DNA from: Okamejei kenojei
Lineage: Eukaryota
Reading direction: 5' to 3'
Length of the DNA: 64,000 nucleotides
Assembly (NCBI GenBank): GCA_035221665.1
Contig: CM069135.1
Location: forward strand, 75,082,001-75,146,000
How positions within the stretch are numbered: position 1 is the stretch's first letter; each line of letters opens with the position of its first letter. The notes under the pieces are model-generated. The model saw only the letters and a program-made list of their open reading frames with translations, was not told the origin of the DNA and searched no databases. Position numbers and translations under genes: made by a program. Positions 1-11,640 of the stretch are shown here, piece by piece.

Positions 1-3000
1 AAAAGCTATATCTCAGATGTGGAGAGGAACCATGGTAACTGGCATGTTGTGAAGCTTTCATCACCTGGCTCAAGGGAACAGTTTATTAGGTGGATGTCAC
101 TATTTGCATTGCAACAATAACATTTGGACATCGACTAGACCAAGATCATCCCCAGTCCACTGACTATTAACCATGTGTTGCAAGCCAAACGTAGACATTC
201 AATTCAACTCCAAAGCCTCTTTCATCACTATGCCAGACTCCAGGAAAGAGAAGATCTGGTGTGAAATGTTGCCCTCCAAACTGGACCCTTAATTTCCCTC
301 TTCAGTCTAGAAAACAGATGTTGCAAGGATCACATTCTACTCAAAATACTTAGGTTTTTGGATCAACCTACTTAAAAGCAATCCAACTAATATCAAATTT
401 TCTCTCAAAAAGAAAACTTCAGAAACTCAGTCAAATCTGCCAGTCCAAACCACATAGATTAGATCAGGAGCAATTCTGTGTGAACAGTGCCAAAAAGGAT
501 ATGGTAATCGATTCTATTTAATTAGGAACTAAATGCCTGCATTAGGTCAGGTTGTGGTTTCTTGCATAATCACAAACAATTCTCCATGTAACGTTTTGCT
601 GCTTCAGATGTGCCAGTCCAAAGGTTGTAGCAGCTCAAATGCATATCCCTGAATGCATTTTAGGAATTTCACAACAATTTGAGGTAGGGAACCTATTCAA
701 ACAAATTGCACCAAGATGGACTATCTGGGGCAGTGGCAACATTAATTTTAATGGAGAACAGCTGCAGGACATCAAGATATGTATCAGTCGATGCAAAAAA
801 TCTTGCTGTGCTGGAAATCTTAAACCAAAACAGAGAATGGTGGATGCATTCCATAGGGCAGGAAAAATAGTAAAACACTATGGATAGCGGCAATAAAAAG
901 TGCTTGCCTTGCAGAGTACTTCCAGATTTCTTATTTTAGTTATGTGGTTATTGAATTAGATATTTTTTGTATTATTTGTGTTTATTGAAGCATATGTGAG
1001 GATTGTATTTTAGTGCTTTCCTTATTTTTAAAGTCAAAGATTTTCTTTTTTGATATGTATGAAGGAACTGCAGATGCTGCTTTTACACCAAAGTCTGATA
1101 ATGACCCAAGATGTCACCCATTCCTTTAGAGATGCTGCCTCCAGAGATGCTGCCTGTCCCGCTCAGTTATCCAGCATTTTGTGTCTATTTTTATAGTTTG
1201 ATATTAGTAATAGATTTTATTAGTTTTGGAAGATTCAGTTGATCTTCAACTGATGCAGTTATCCATAGCCTGCTGTCAAATCTACTTCAGCTGTTTTGTG
1301 GGCAGCGTCTGTTCTCCCTTCTACAACTCCATCTGATGGCAATATATTTGACATGGAAAGCCCTGCTGTTAGATAGGGTCTCCCTCTCCGTATACTCCTG
1401 CTGGTTGAAGCACAGAAGATAATTCTGAACATTTATTAGAGACCAATAATGACTCTAAATTATGGACCAATTATATTTAATTGCAATTTTGCACTCTTTA
1501 CTGATTTACTAATTAAATAAAAAAGGCATTTCTGAGTGGAATAGCTGGTAAAATTACAGGTAAAACAGCCAAATATTCCCGAAGCTGAAAATATTCAAGA
1601 GATATTTAACACCGCTGTTGTGAGTTACATAGTTAGCTGTTGAGATGGATGAAAGGTAATTGAATTGAGAGATTTAACTTTGTCTCTTTCCATAAATACT
1701 ATATTTGAATATTCTACCATATTCTATTTTTATATCTAGTTCTTGGAGTAATAGTTGGAATGTTTTGCACAAGCCTTTTTGAGGGTGAAATATTATTCAA
1801 TAAGAGATGAGTTTGGTGAGATGGTGTTACAGCAGTGGATTAGCGCAAATAAGAAGCTTATTTTGGCATCAATTATGTTGTCAAGGTCACAAACAGATTT
1901 AATTTTAGACAATTCCTTGTTGAGAGAAAGAGTTGGTGGCTGAGGAATGGGGAGCTTGCAATGGAATTGAATATGATGGCTTCAATCTTTCCAGTCGATG
2001 GTTTCCAATTTTAAACAGGCTTTATTTTTTTGAAATGTATAACATCATGTATAACATCATGTTTCAAAATGGAATTTTAAATGTATTTAGTTGAAGTTTG
2101 TGCAAAAATGAATTTAAATTCCAGAAAAATTGCAGAGGAACAGCAATACACGGCAAGAAATCAACATAATCAAGAATATATTTTATGTCAATATTAATTT
2201 ATTATCTATTTCATCAAAGTACTGACCAGAGATGTGAACCTACTGTCATGTAGTTTTGTAGCTTTTCATCTGTAAATGAAAGGAGGTATATCCTGCAGAA
2301 CTTGAAGAATCACACTTTAGAGTTTTCAAGAACAATTTTCATATAATGTGTTATGTATTTTTTCTTGATGGTCACTAAATGACATGTATTTTATGTTGTG
2401 TTTATATTGTAGCTACTGATTTGACACTAGTAGCTGCAGAATCGCTTGCAGCTGACAGAACGTAATTTATGCCACTTAAATCCAAATCAAATTTTCAGCG
2501 CCTGGGAAGTCCTGTATTTGTTTACTTGCACTTATATGCAGAGCTCAGCTTCTGGATGCTAAATTTTAAATAACTGCACACTTGAGTGGGTACTTTGACA
2601 TTCGCAAAACAAAATTATGTAAGTTTATAGAGTACACAGGAGGTCAAATTATCTTGTGTACTCTATAAACTATACAAATCTCCTCACTTTTGAAAATTGG
2701 GTTTCACATTGTATTCCAGATATAATAAGGTAATATCAAAACAACTATGCATATGACCTTCATTTTTCTGTTGAAAGTATGAATAAGACTTGAATCCAAT
2801 TTTTTTTTAATTTTATATCTTACCAAATTGGAAATTTATCTGTGAATGTAAAAATGTCATTATTATTCTGCTCTTAAATAAGCACCTCCGTTTATTGCAG
2901 GGTTAGCCTTGCAATATAAATATTGATTTTAATATCCTTTTTTAAATACTGTGATAAAATGAATTGCAGCAAGCCAACATTTTTGTTAAAATAAATATTT

Positions 3001-3960
3001 AATGACCTCCAAACTTCTAAAAGACAAGAAAGAACCTTTGTTTAAAATGTACTTTCATGGTGTTGAAATTTTGCCTTGCATGGTGTCAAAAACAAAGAAA
3101 GCTGGACTATTAATAAAAGGGACACATTTGCCATTCTCCTCCTGAAAATGTGAATGCAAATAGCTATGCTTTTTGCCTATGGGTGATGCTTTATTAAACA
3201 CAATCTGCAGACAGAAATATGAATGTATCTGCTATCGTGCTGTAATGTTTTAGTAACTTAAGAAACTATTTAAATATCACAGTTGGTGAAATCATTCAAC
3301 AATAAAGAAAGTAAAAATTAGTAGTCTGGTCAGAAAATACAAGTGAGTATGATAGTGCTGGGTGGAAATTCTTATATATTCTAATTCATAAGTTCATGTC
3401 ATAGGAGCAGAAGTAGGCTATTCGGCAATCGAGTCTACTCCACCATTCAATCATAGCTGATCTATCTTTCCCTCTCTAACACATTATCCTGCCTTCTCCC
3501 CATAACCCTTGACACCCTTACCAATCATATATTTGTCTTTAAAGTACCCAATGACTTGGCATCCACGGCTGACCGTGGCAATGAATTCCACAGTTTTACC
3601 ATCCTGTGACTAAAGAAATTCCTCTTTATCTCCTTTCTAAAGGTACATCCTTTCATTTTTCTATGCCCTCTAGTTCTAGACTCTTCCACGAGTGGAAACA
3701 TGCTCTCCACATCTATTCTATCCAGGCCTTCTAAACTCCAGCGAGTACTGGCCCAGTGCTATCAAACGCTCATAATATATATTAACCCAATTATCCCCAG
3801 GATCATTCTCGTAATCTTTTCTGGACCTTCTCCAATGCCAGCATATCCCGCCTCAGATATGAAACCCAAATCTGCTCACAATGCTACAAATGTGGTCAAA
3901 CCAATGCCTTTTAAAACAGCATTGCATTCCTATTTTTATAATCCACTCCTCTTGAAATAA

Positions 3961-4823
3961 GTTAAGTTGAATTGAACATAATTTATTGTCACATGTACCG
4001 AGATACTATGAGAAGGTTTTTTTCCCATACTAACCAGTCAGCAAGTCGGAAGAAGGGTCTCGACCAGTAACATCACCCATTCCTTCTCTCCAGAGATGCT
4101 GCCTGTCCCGCTGAGTAACTCCAGCTTTTTGTGTCTATCCTCAGCAGGAAAAGCAATATATGATTACAATCGAGCCATCCACAGTGTACAGATATATGAT
4201 GAAGGGAATAACGTGAATAACGTTTAGTGCAAAATAAAGCCAGAAAAGTCAGATCAAAGATATTCTGTGGGTCTCCAATGAGGTAGATAGTCATTTAGGA
4301 CTGCTCTCTGATTGTGGTAGGATGGTGCTGTTGCCTGATAATAGCTGGGCACAAACTATCCCTGAATCTGGAGCTGTCGGTTTTCACACATATACATTTT
4401 GCCTGATGGGTGAGGGGAGAAGAGGGAGTGGCCGGGGTGCGACACGTCTTTGATTATGTTGGTGGCCTTGTCGAGGCAGCGTGAGGTATAAATAGTGTAA
4501 ATGGAAAAGAGGTGTGGTGGTCTGGGCTGCGTCCACTATTCTCTGCAATTTCTTGCGGTCTTGGATGGAGCTATTCCCAAACTAAGCTGAGATGCATCCT
4601 GATTAAATGCTTTCTACAGCTCATCTATATAGGTTGGTGAGAGTGGTTGATGACATGCCGAACTTCCTAAGCCTTCTAAGGAAGTAGAGGCAATGGTGTG
4701 CTTTCTTGGCCATTGCTTCAATTTGGTTCTCCAGGGAAGTTGTTGGTCATATTTACTCCTAGCAATTTGAAACTTTCAACCATCTGTAATTCAGCGTTGT
4801 CAATGCAAACCGTATTGTGTACC
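3961..4823 (-). mobile_element. Rex1/Babar-like LINE 3' fragment inside the CR1
   Basis: Homologous to the 3' part of the element at 51.8-54.3 kb. It interrupts the CR1 with a short TAA duplication and itself hosts a Penelope fragment (4044-4140, TSD TCAGCA). Confidence 0.65.
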
Positions 4824-5025
4824 TAAATGCTAACATTGTATTAACCTTCCTTACTACCCATCCTTGCTACCCATTCAACTTTCAATTTAACCTTTTGGGA
4901 ATCCCGCTCAAGCACTTCCAGGTCCCTTTGCACCTCTGCTTTCTGAATCCTCTCCCCATTTAGAAAATAATCTACGCCTTTATTTCTACTGCCAATATGC
5001 ATGACTCCACACTGTATTCCATCTG

Positions 5026-5444
5026 TTCATTTCAGTTCAGTTTTTATTTGTCATATGTAGGTTAACACAGGGTCAACGGTACAATGAAATGTTTTTGACA
5101 AGACAACGGGTCACCTCAGCAATGATATTACAAGGATAAAATTAAGGTAAAAAAATTAAGTTAAGAGTGACATTGGTAGGTAAAAGACAATAATAAATAA
5201 AATAATCAACATATATGATGTGTTTATGAGTTCAGAAACCTGATGGCATGATGTTAAAAACTGTTCTTAAGTCTGGTGGTGCATGCAGCCATACTCCTAT
5301 ATCGTCTGGCTGATGGTAACAAGGAGAGTCTGCGTGCTGGGTGGCTGTGGTCCTTGATGATGCTGTGTGCCTTCCGCAGGCACCGCCTGTGGAAAATGTC
5401 CTGAATGGCCGGGAGACAGTTGCCAGTGAAGTGCTGTGCCGTCT
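5026..5444 (-). mobile_element. Rex1/Babar-like LINE 3' fragment
   Basis: Encodes LPAIQDIFHRRCLRKAHSIIKDHSHP...RYRSM...RLKNSF. Short-repeat tail. TSD CATCTG at 5020-5025 and 5445-5450. Confidence 0.8.
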
Positions 5445-5932
5445 CATCTGCCACATCTTTGCCCACACTCCCAATTTATCCAACTCCTTCTGCAGAATCC
5501 CTGCCTCATCTACATTACCTACCCCTCCACCCATCTTCGTATCATCTGCAAACTTGGCCACAAAGTCTTCAATTCCCTCATCCAAATCATTGCTATACAA
5601 TTGCTCAGCACTGACCCCTGCGGAACACCACTAGTCACTGGCAGCCAATCAGAAAAATCCCCCTTTATCCCACTCTCTGCATTCTGCCATCCAGCCAACC
5701 TGCTATCCATGATGGTATATTTCCTCTAATACCATGGCCTCTCATCTTTTTCCGCACTCACATGCAACACCTTATAAAAGACCTTCTGAAAATGCAGGTA
5801 AATAACATCCTGCCACTAATTACCTCAAAGGATTCCAACAGATTTGTCAGGCAAGATATCTCCTTCATAAAACCACGCTGACCAGCCTATTTTGTCATGT
5901 GCTTCTGTATTTGGAAACCTTATCCTTAATAA

Positions 5933-6242
5933 TCTATCTATCTTCTATCCATCTACTATCTATTTATCCATCTTCCATCCATCTACTATCCATCTATCCA
6001 TCTTCTATCCATCTACTGTTTAGACATCCATCTTCTATCCATCTACTATCTAGCCATCTTCTATCCATCTACTATCTATCTATCCATTTCTATCCATCTA
6101 TTATCTATCTATCCATCTTCTATCCATCTTCTATCCATCTACTATCCATCTATCCATCTACTATCCGTCTATCCATCTTCTATCCATCTACTATCCATCA
6201 ATCCATCTTATATCCATCTATCTATCCATCCATCTATCCATC
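5933..6242. repeat. (TCTA/TCCA)n compound microsatellite
   Basis: Directly visible. A second block lies at 7254-7359. Confidence 0.95.
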
Positions 6243-7253
6243 TTAATATTGGCCAAAATACTGCTATTTTAAAATGGAGGATGTTTGCATCTGCAGGGCC
6301 TGCTAGGTCAATTGACATGTAAAGCTGCAAGCTTCGAGCTGGTGCCAGGAAGTCTACATCCCAGATGGAAATATCAGATAAGGTGAGGTCCAGATGTCCT
6401 CTCTATTGTTAAATTTTATGAGGACTTTGCAGAGAAACCCAGAGGTGTTGCAGATGCATTAGCAGGATTGGCTGTGCAGAAGGGTTGTAAATACTGTTTA
6501 TAATGTTGCAAGGTGTTTGTGTTACTGTTTGATGATTGGCTGAAGTATAAGCCTTGTTTGAATTGTTTATACTCCCCAGGAGAATGTTGCATTACCTGGG
6601 TCAACTGATTTATTTCCAGAAGCTTCTGTAGAAACATTGTAATGGGGTGCTTTGTAATTGGGTTGGGGAACTGTCAATAACACTTTAATCGATATGTGTG
6701 ATTGGATTTCAGGGGCCACCACCCCCATGTAGATCTGCCCCACATGGTTCAATGACCTATAAAAGGTAACCCCCACGAGGTTCGTTGTCGATCTTCTGGA
6801 GGAGCACTTGTGACTGTGAAACCTTTTGGAGGTGTCTACTTGCACAAGGCTGAAGGGCTTCGACAAGCAGAGATAAGGATCGATCCCTCGATGGTTAGGT
6901 ATTGTGTAGGGCAGTGGTTCTCAACCTTGTTTGCCCCATGCACCCCTTTCACCATATGTCAGAATGTCATTCCCCCACAGCAGCAGGTGACTGATGCATA
7001 CTGAATTTTGTGCCGCCCTGGGGAGCTCAAAGGCAATAAAAAGATCAACATTCTAACAGTTTGAGTTTGCTAATCTGTGGTCCCAATTCCCCCCCTGAAA
7101 ACCTGAAATCCCCCTCCCCCCAGGGGGAATTCCCCCCTGGTTGAGAACCCCTGGTGTAGGGAATTTGTTATTGTTTCATAAAATAAAGTTTTGTGGTTCA
7201 GTGCTTGAACTAGAACTAGACTAAGGGGGGTTAGCCCTAGGAGCATAATTACA
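6243..7253 (+). mobile_element. Solo-LTR-like sequence nested in the Helitron 5' microsatellite
   Basis: Several ATTGG boxes, TATAAAA at ~6758, AATAAA at ~7182, and an end of ...AATTACA. The 5' boundary is uncertain (TGTAAT at 6638, or a degenerate start near 6243). No clear TSD. Confidence 0.45.
6912..7153. mobile_element. hAT (Charlie-like) non-autonomous element/MITE, 242 bp
   Basis: TIRs CAGTGGTTCTCAACC / GGTTGAGAACCCCTG, with a perfect 8-bp TSD GTGTAGGG at 6904-6911 and 7154-7161. Confidence 0.9.
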
Positions 7254-7898
7254 TCTATCTATCCATCTATCCATCTATCCATCCATCTATCCACCTATCT
7301 ATACATCTATCTATACATATATCTTCTATATCTATCTATCTATCCATCTATCCATCTAATCTAAACATAAATAAAAGTCTGATCTTGTGCTCTTCTGGTT
7401 TGCGGGGTTTTTCTATTTGTGCAAAAACAGTACGTGATAGCACTACGATATGTTGCCAGGTTACGCACCGTTCTCCTGTGCTATGAGTGCAACAAGTTTC
7501 ATTCCGATCGGTGGTATATTGTAAAAGTTATTGAGGATTAAAACTCTTTAAAACCGCGCATGGGCAGATTACTTCAGTCAGCGCCACGCAGATTGGTCTC
7601 TTCTCCTGTTAGTCAATGCCATGGCCAGGGTGGCGACGCCCCTTCCTGCCCCACCGGCGGCGGCCTGTCCCGCCTCATTCACAAACTCCTCTCTCCCTTC
7701 CCCACAGTAATTTGTCTATCGTCTCCCCCACCATTGGTGGCGGCCGCGGTTCAGTGGAGGCCCAGTGGAGGCCCTGGTCCTGTCTCTCTCTCCCTCATCA
7801 CTCACCCCTCTCCCCTGCCCACCCTCTGCGGCAATGGCGGTCCCATCTACCCGTCCCCCCGGTCCGTCTCCTCTGCCGCCGCCGTTGCGGTAACTCAC

Positions 7899-7979
7899 CC
7901 TCATGGCCTTCTCGGAGGAGATCTGTTCCACCAACTCATTGAAACTCGTGGTGCCCACCGTGATGAACACTGGCTCCAT
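7899..7979 (-). pseudogene. alg13: Captured ALG13 first coding exon inside the Helitron
   Basis: 81 nt encoding MEPVFITVGTTSFNELVEQISSEKAMR, followed by gtgagt. This matches the ALG13 N-terminus (human MKCVFVTVGTTSFDDLI...). No further ALG13 exons were recognised. Confidence 0.85.
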
Positions 7980-8088
7980 CCCCCTCCCCCAGCGGCCCGG
8001 CGGCAGCAGCGAGCAGGCAGGCAGGCACGGGCCGAGCGGCGGCAGTGGGTGGTTGGACAGGACGGGGAGTGTGCAGAGTGGTCGAGCA

Positions 8089-8241
8089 NNNNNNNNNNNN
8101 NNNNNNNNNNNNNNNNNNNNNNNNNNNNNNNNNNNNNNNNNNNNNNNNNNNNNNNNNNNNNNNNNNNNNNNNNNNNNNNNNNNNNNNNNNNNNNNNNNNN
8201 NNNNNNNNNNNNNNNNNNNNNNNNNNNNNNNNNNNNNNNNN
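8089..8241. other. Assembly gap (153 N)
   Basis: Run of N. Confidence 1.
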
Positions 8242-9119
8242 CTAAACATGGTCCAATCTTCATCATCAGGATCTAAACCACAGCTAACAATGAATGACCT
8301 GTGGAGGAAGGAACTGCAGATGCTGCTTTTTAGGGAGGGAGGCACTGAGGGTAGGGGATAGGGAGGGATTGGGGAAGGAGAGGGGAAAGGTCCTGTGGAG
8401 GAGGAGGGTGGGGGATTGAGGAAGGGGTAGGGAGGGAGAGGGGCAAAAGTGGGGGAGGCGAGAAGATTGGGGTAGTAAGGGGAAAAGAGAGAGAGGAGTA
8501 GGGGAGGTAGTGAGTGGGGAATAGAGGGAGGAGGGCACTTGTCAGGAGGGATAGTGGGGGATAGGGGAGGTGAGGAGTTGGTGATAGGAGAGGGTACGGA
8601 GGGGAGAGGAGTTATTGAGGGAGGGAGGGAGTGACTGTGGTTAGAGGAAAGGAGAGGGAGGAATTGGGGAGGGGATGAGGAGAGGGGAAAGAAGGGATAG
8701 GGAGTACTGAGGGATGAGGGGAAATGAGCCGCGCCTGCACAGTTGGGGGCTATGTGTGAGTGGTGGAATATTGCGTTGGGGGGACGGGTTGCATTGGAGG
8801 AATGGGTGAGTGGTGCAATATCGCATTGGGGAACGGGTTGCGTTGGGGGACCAGGCCTCCCGTGTGACAGGGACCCAACGGGTCCCACTTAGTCTAGTGG
8901 ACTCTAAAATCTTTCCAACCACTGAAGTCAGGCAAGCCAGCCTCTCGTTTCCCCTCTTTTGCTTTGCTCCCTTCTTGAATAGCAGAGCAACACTTGCAAA
9001 CTGGGGAAGTTCTTCAACTGGGAAAATTCTATACCATTTCTTCAACCTGGTTGCATCTAGCAGTTCTCTGCAGGGCCTCTCGGAAACCTTGATCAATCAC
9101 TAACTAATATGGAACGCTA

Positions 9120-10530
9120 AAAGATGGAATAGCAGCACATTTGGAAAGTGGTGAAATCATTGGACAAATCATTTAATTTACAAGGTAAATCATGTCTGAC
9201 GAATCTTATAGAATCTTTCAAGAATGTAACTAGTAGAGTGGATAAGGAAGAACCAGTGGATGTGTTATATCTGGATTTTCAGAAGGCTTTCGACAAGGTC
9301 CCACATAAGAGATTAGTATGCAAACTAAAAGCACACAAGGTATTGGGGGTTCAGTATTGATGTGGATAGAGAACTGGCTGGCAGACAGGAAGCAAAGAGT
9401 AGGAGTAAACGGATCATTTTCAGAATGGCAGGCAGTGACTAGTGGGGTACCACAAAGCTCGGTGCTGGGACCCCAGCTATTTACAATATATATATATGAA
9501 TGATTTTGACGAGGGAATTGAATGCAACATCTCCAAGTTTGCAGATGACACAAAGCTGGGGGGCAGTGTTAGCTGTGAGGAGGATGCTAGGAGGCTGCAA
9601 GGTGACTTGGATAGGTTGGGTGAGTGGGCAAATGTTTGGCAGATGCAGTATAATGTGGATAAATGTGAGGTTATCCACTTTGGTGGCAAAAACAGGAAGT
9701 AGACTATTATTTGAATGGTGGCCGATTAGGAAAAGGGGAGATGCAACGAGACCTGGGTGTCATGGTACACCAGTCATTGAAAGTAGGCATGCAGGTGCAG
9801 CAGGCAGTGAAGGAAGCAAATGGTATGTTGGCATTCGTAGCAAAAGGATTTGAGTAGAGGAGCAGGGAGGTTCTACTGCAGTTGTACAGGGTCTTGGTGA
9901 GACCACACCTGGAGTATTGCATACAGTTTTGGTCTCCTAATCTGAGGAAAGACATTCTTGCCATAGAGGGGGTACAGAGAAGGTTCACCAGATTGATTCC
10001 TGGGATGTCAGGACTTTCATATGAAGAAAGACTGGATAGACTCGGCATGTACTCGCTAGAATTTAGAAGATTGAGGGGGGATCTTATAGAAACTTACAAA
10101 ATTCTTAAGGGGTTGGACAGGCTAGATGCAGGAAGATTGTTCCCGATGTTGGGGAAGTCCAGAACAAGGGGTCACAGTTTAAGGATAAGGGGGAAGTCTT
10201 GTAGGGCCGAGATGAGAAAAACATTTTTCACACAGAGAGTGGTGAATCTGTGGAATACGCTTTTTCGTTTTCCTCTGGGTATGCAAATACTCAGAAAAAT
10301 GATAATAAAGATATACAATACTCTGCCACAGAAGGTAGTTGAGGCCAGTTCATTGGCCTATATTTAAGAGGGAGTTAGATGTGGCCCTTGTGGCTAAGGG
10401 GATCGGGGGGTATGGAGAGAAGGCAGGTACAGGATACTGAGTTGGATGATCAGCCATGATCATATTGAATAGCGGTGCAGGTTCGAACGGCCTACTCCTG
10501 CACCTATTTTCCATGTTTTTATGTTTTTAT
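9120..10530 (+). mobile_element. CR1 LINE, 5'-truncated, with 3' UTR and (TATGTTT)n-like tail
   Basis: Motifs [23 protein letters not shown] and RPHLEYCIQFWSP, with frameshifts and stops. Confidence 0.92.
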
Positions 10531-10950
10531 ATGCGTTTCTCTGAACACCTCCGCTCAGTCCACCTAAAGTTACGCGATCTCCCGGTTGCTAAACATTTTA
10601 ACTCCCCCTCCCATTCCCACACTGACCTTTCAGTCATGGGCCTCCCCCATTGTTAGAGGAGGCCTAGAGCATATTGGAGAACAGCACCTCATTTATCGGT
10701 TAGGCTGCTTACAACTCTGCAGTATGAATATTGACTCCTCGAATGTCAAGTAACCTTTGCTTTTGCTCTCTCTCCATCGCAGTTCTATATGTCTGACTGA
10801 CCTTTTGATTAAATTTGTATCTTTGTATGCTGCGTTGTCAACTTCCCCAGCTCACAATGATCTATTCAACATTTTCCTTGAGCTTCGTCGGCTTTGATGC
10901 CTTGTTTTCACACCATCATTCTTTATCTCTGTGCCTCCCTCTCCCATGAC
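10531..10950 (+). mobile_element. Penelope-like element fragment
   Basis: RFSEHLRSV...LPVAKHFNSPSHSHTDLSVMGL resembles the C-terminal part of a GIY-YIG endonuclease. Confidence 0.7.
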
Positions 10951-11019
10951 TAAAGAAGTGCATTGTAATTTGTGAGTGATGTTATTTATCGGAAACATAT
11001 GAAGGATGAATTTTTCTTT

Positions 11020-11350
11020 TCAGGCAATCTCTCTGGATTGAGGATGACTTACCTTTTCGTCAGGTCGGAGGGAATTCCCACTGCCACGGGTACCATGTAA
11101 TCCCGTGCTACCTGCTCCATGGTCGGATAGTCGGTGACTAAACCGTCTCCCCCACCTGGTTTGCCAGGTGAGGAGGGGGCTGTGGATCCCCAGCAGGACC
11201 AGAAACAAGACCTGTCAAAGGGCTAGCGAGCCAACGAGCCAAAGGGCTAGCGAGCCAATGACCCTCCACACTTCAGTAGATCACTATCGTACATAGCATT
11301 GTAAGGCACCGTGCCCGTTGATGTTTTCAACAATGATGATGATGATGACA
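11020..11350 (+). mobile_element. Short RTE-like/SINE-like element with (GAT)n tail
   Basis: Ends in (GAT)n at ~11333-11348. The family call is from resemblance only. Confidence 0.4.
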
Positions 11351-11450
11351 TGTAATGATGATACCTAAAGGAAAAGGACAAGGTGGGCTGAAGGGCCTGT
11401 TTCCTGGATGTACAGCTCTATGACTCTCGATTACTATTTCAACTCTGAGA

Positions 11451-11640
11451 TTAGTTTAGAGATACAGCACGGAAACAAACCCTTCGCTCCACCGATCTTT
11501 GGAGTGTGGGAGGAAACCAGAGAACCCTGGGGTCACGCGGAAAACGTACAAACTCCCTACAGACAGCACCTGTAGTCAGGATTGAACCTGGGTCTCTGGT
11601 ACTGTAAGGCAGCAAGTCCAGCACTGCGCCACTGTTCTGC
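11451..11640 (-). mobile_element. tRNA-derived SINE (HE1-like), internally deleted
   Basis: A/B-box-like head (cagtggcgcagtg...ccaggttcaatcc) and a CR1-like tail ending (ctaaa)n. Homologous to the copies at 47.3 and 58.2 kb. Confidence 0.75.

Larger units (their letters stand above)
5933..8897 (+). mobile_element. Non-autonomous Helitron (composite; core 7360-8897) inserted into a CR1
   Basis: Starts TC after A5932 and ends with hairpin GGGACCC-AAC-GGGTCCC (8870-8886) plus CTAG (8894-8897) before T. There is no TSD. Removing 5933-8897 restores the CR1 sequence ccttaataa|tggactctaaaatc. The core 5' end TCTAAACATAAATAAAAGTCTGATCTTG matches other copies. Contains an assembly gap at 8089-8241. 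Confidence 0.85.
3387..9010 (-). mobile_element. CR1 LINE (RT C-terminal half plus 3' UTR), split by Rex1-like and Helitron insertions
   Basis: Segments at 3387-3960, 4824-5025, 5445-5932 and 8898-~9010. Translated motifs include [18 protein letters not shown] and SRTRGH...LWNSLP. Confidence 0.85.

Noticed and set aside
639-887. 82-aa ORF near the window start
   Set aside because: No recognisable homology. Its 3' half resembles a decayed Penelope terminal sequence.
5899-6246. 115-aa ORF rich in SIYP/IHLL repeats
   Set aside because: Translation of the TCTA/TCCA microsatellite.
7899-7979. Functional alg13 gene at this locus
   Set aside because: Embedded in a Helitron within a CR1, no exon 2 recognised downstream, and CpG-type substitutions at conserved codons.
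7716-8888. 390-aa Pro/Ser-rich ORF and overlapping ORFs
   Set aside because: Runs through a low-complexity tract and an N gap inside a Helitron. Only the 27-codon ALG13 piece is recognisable.
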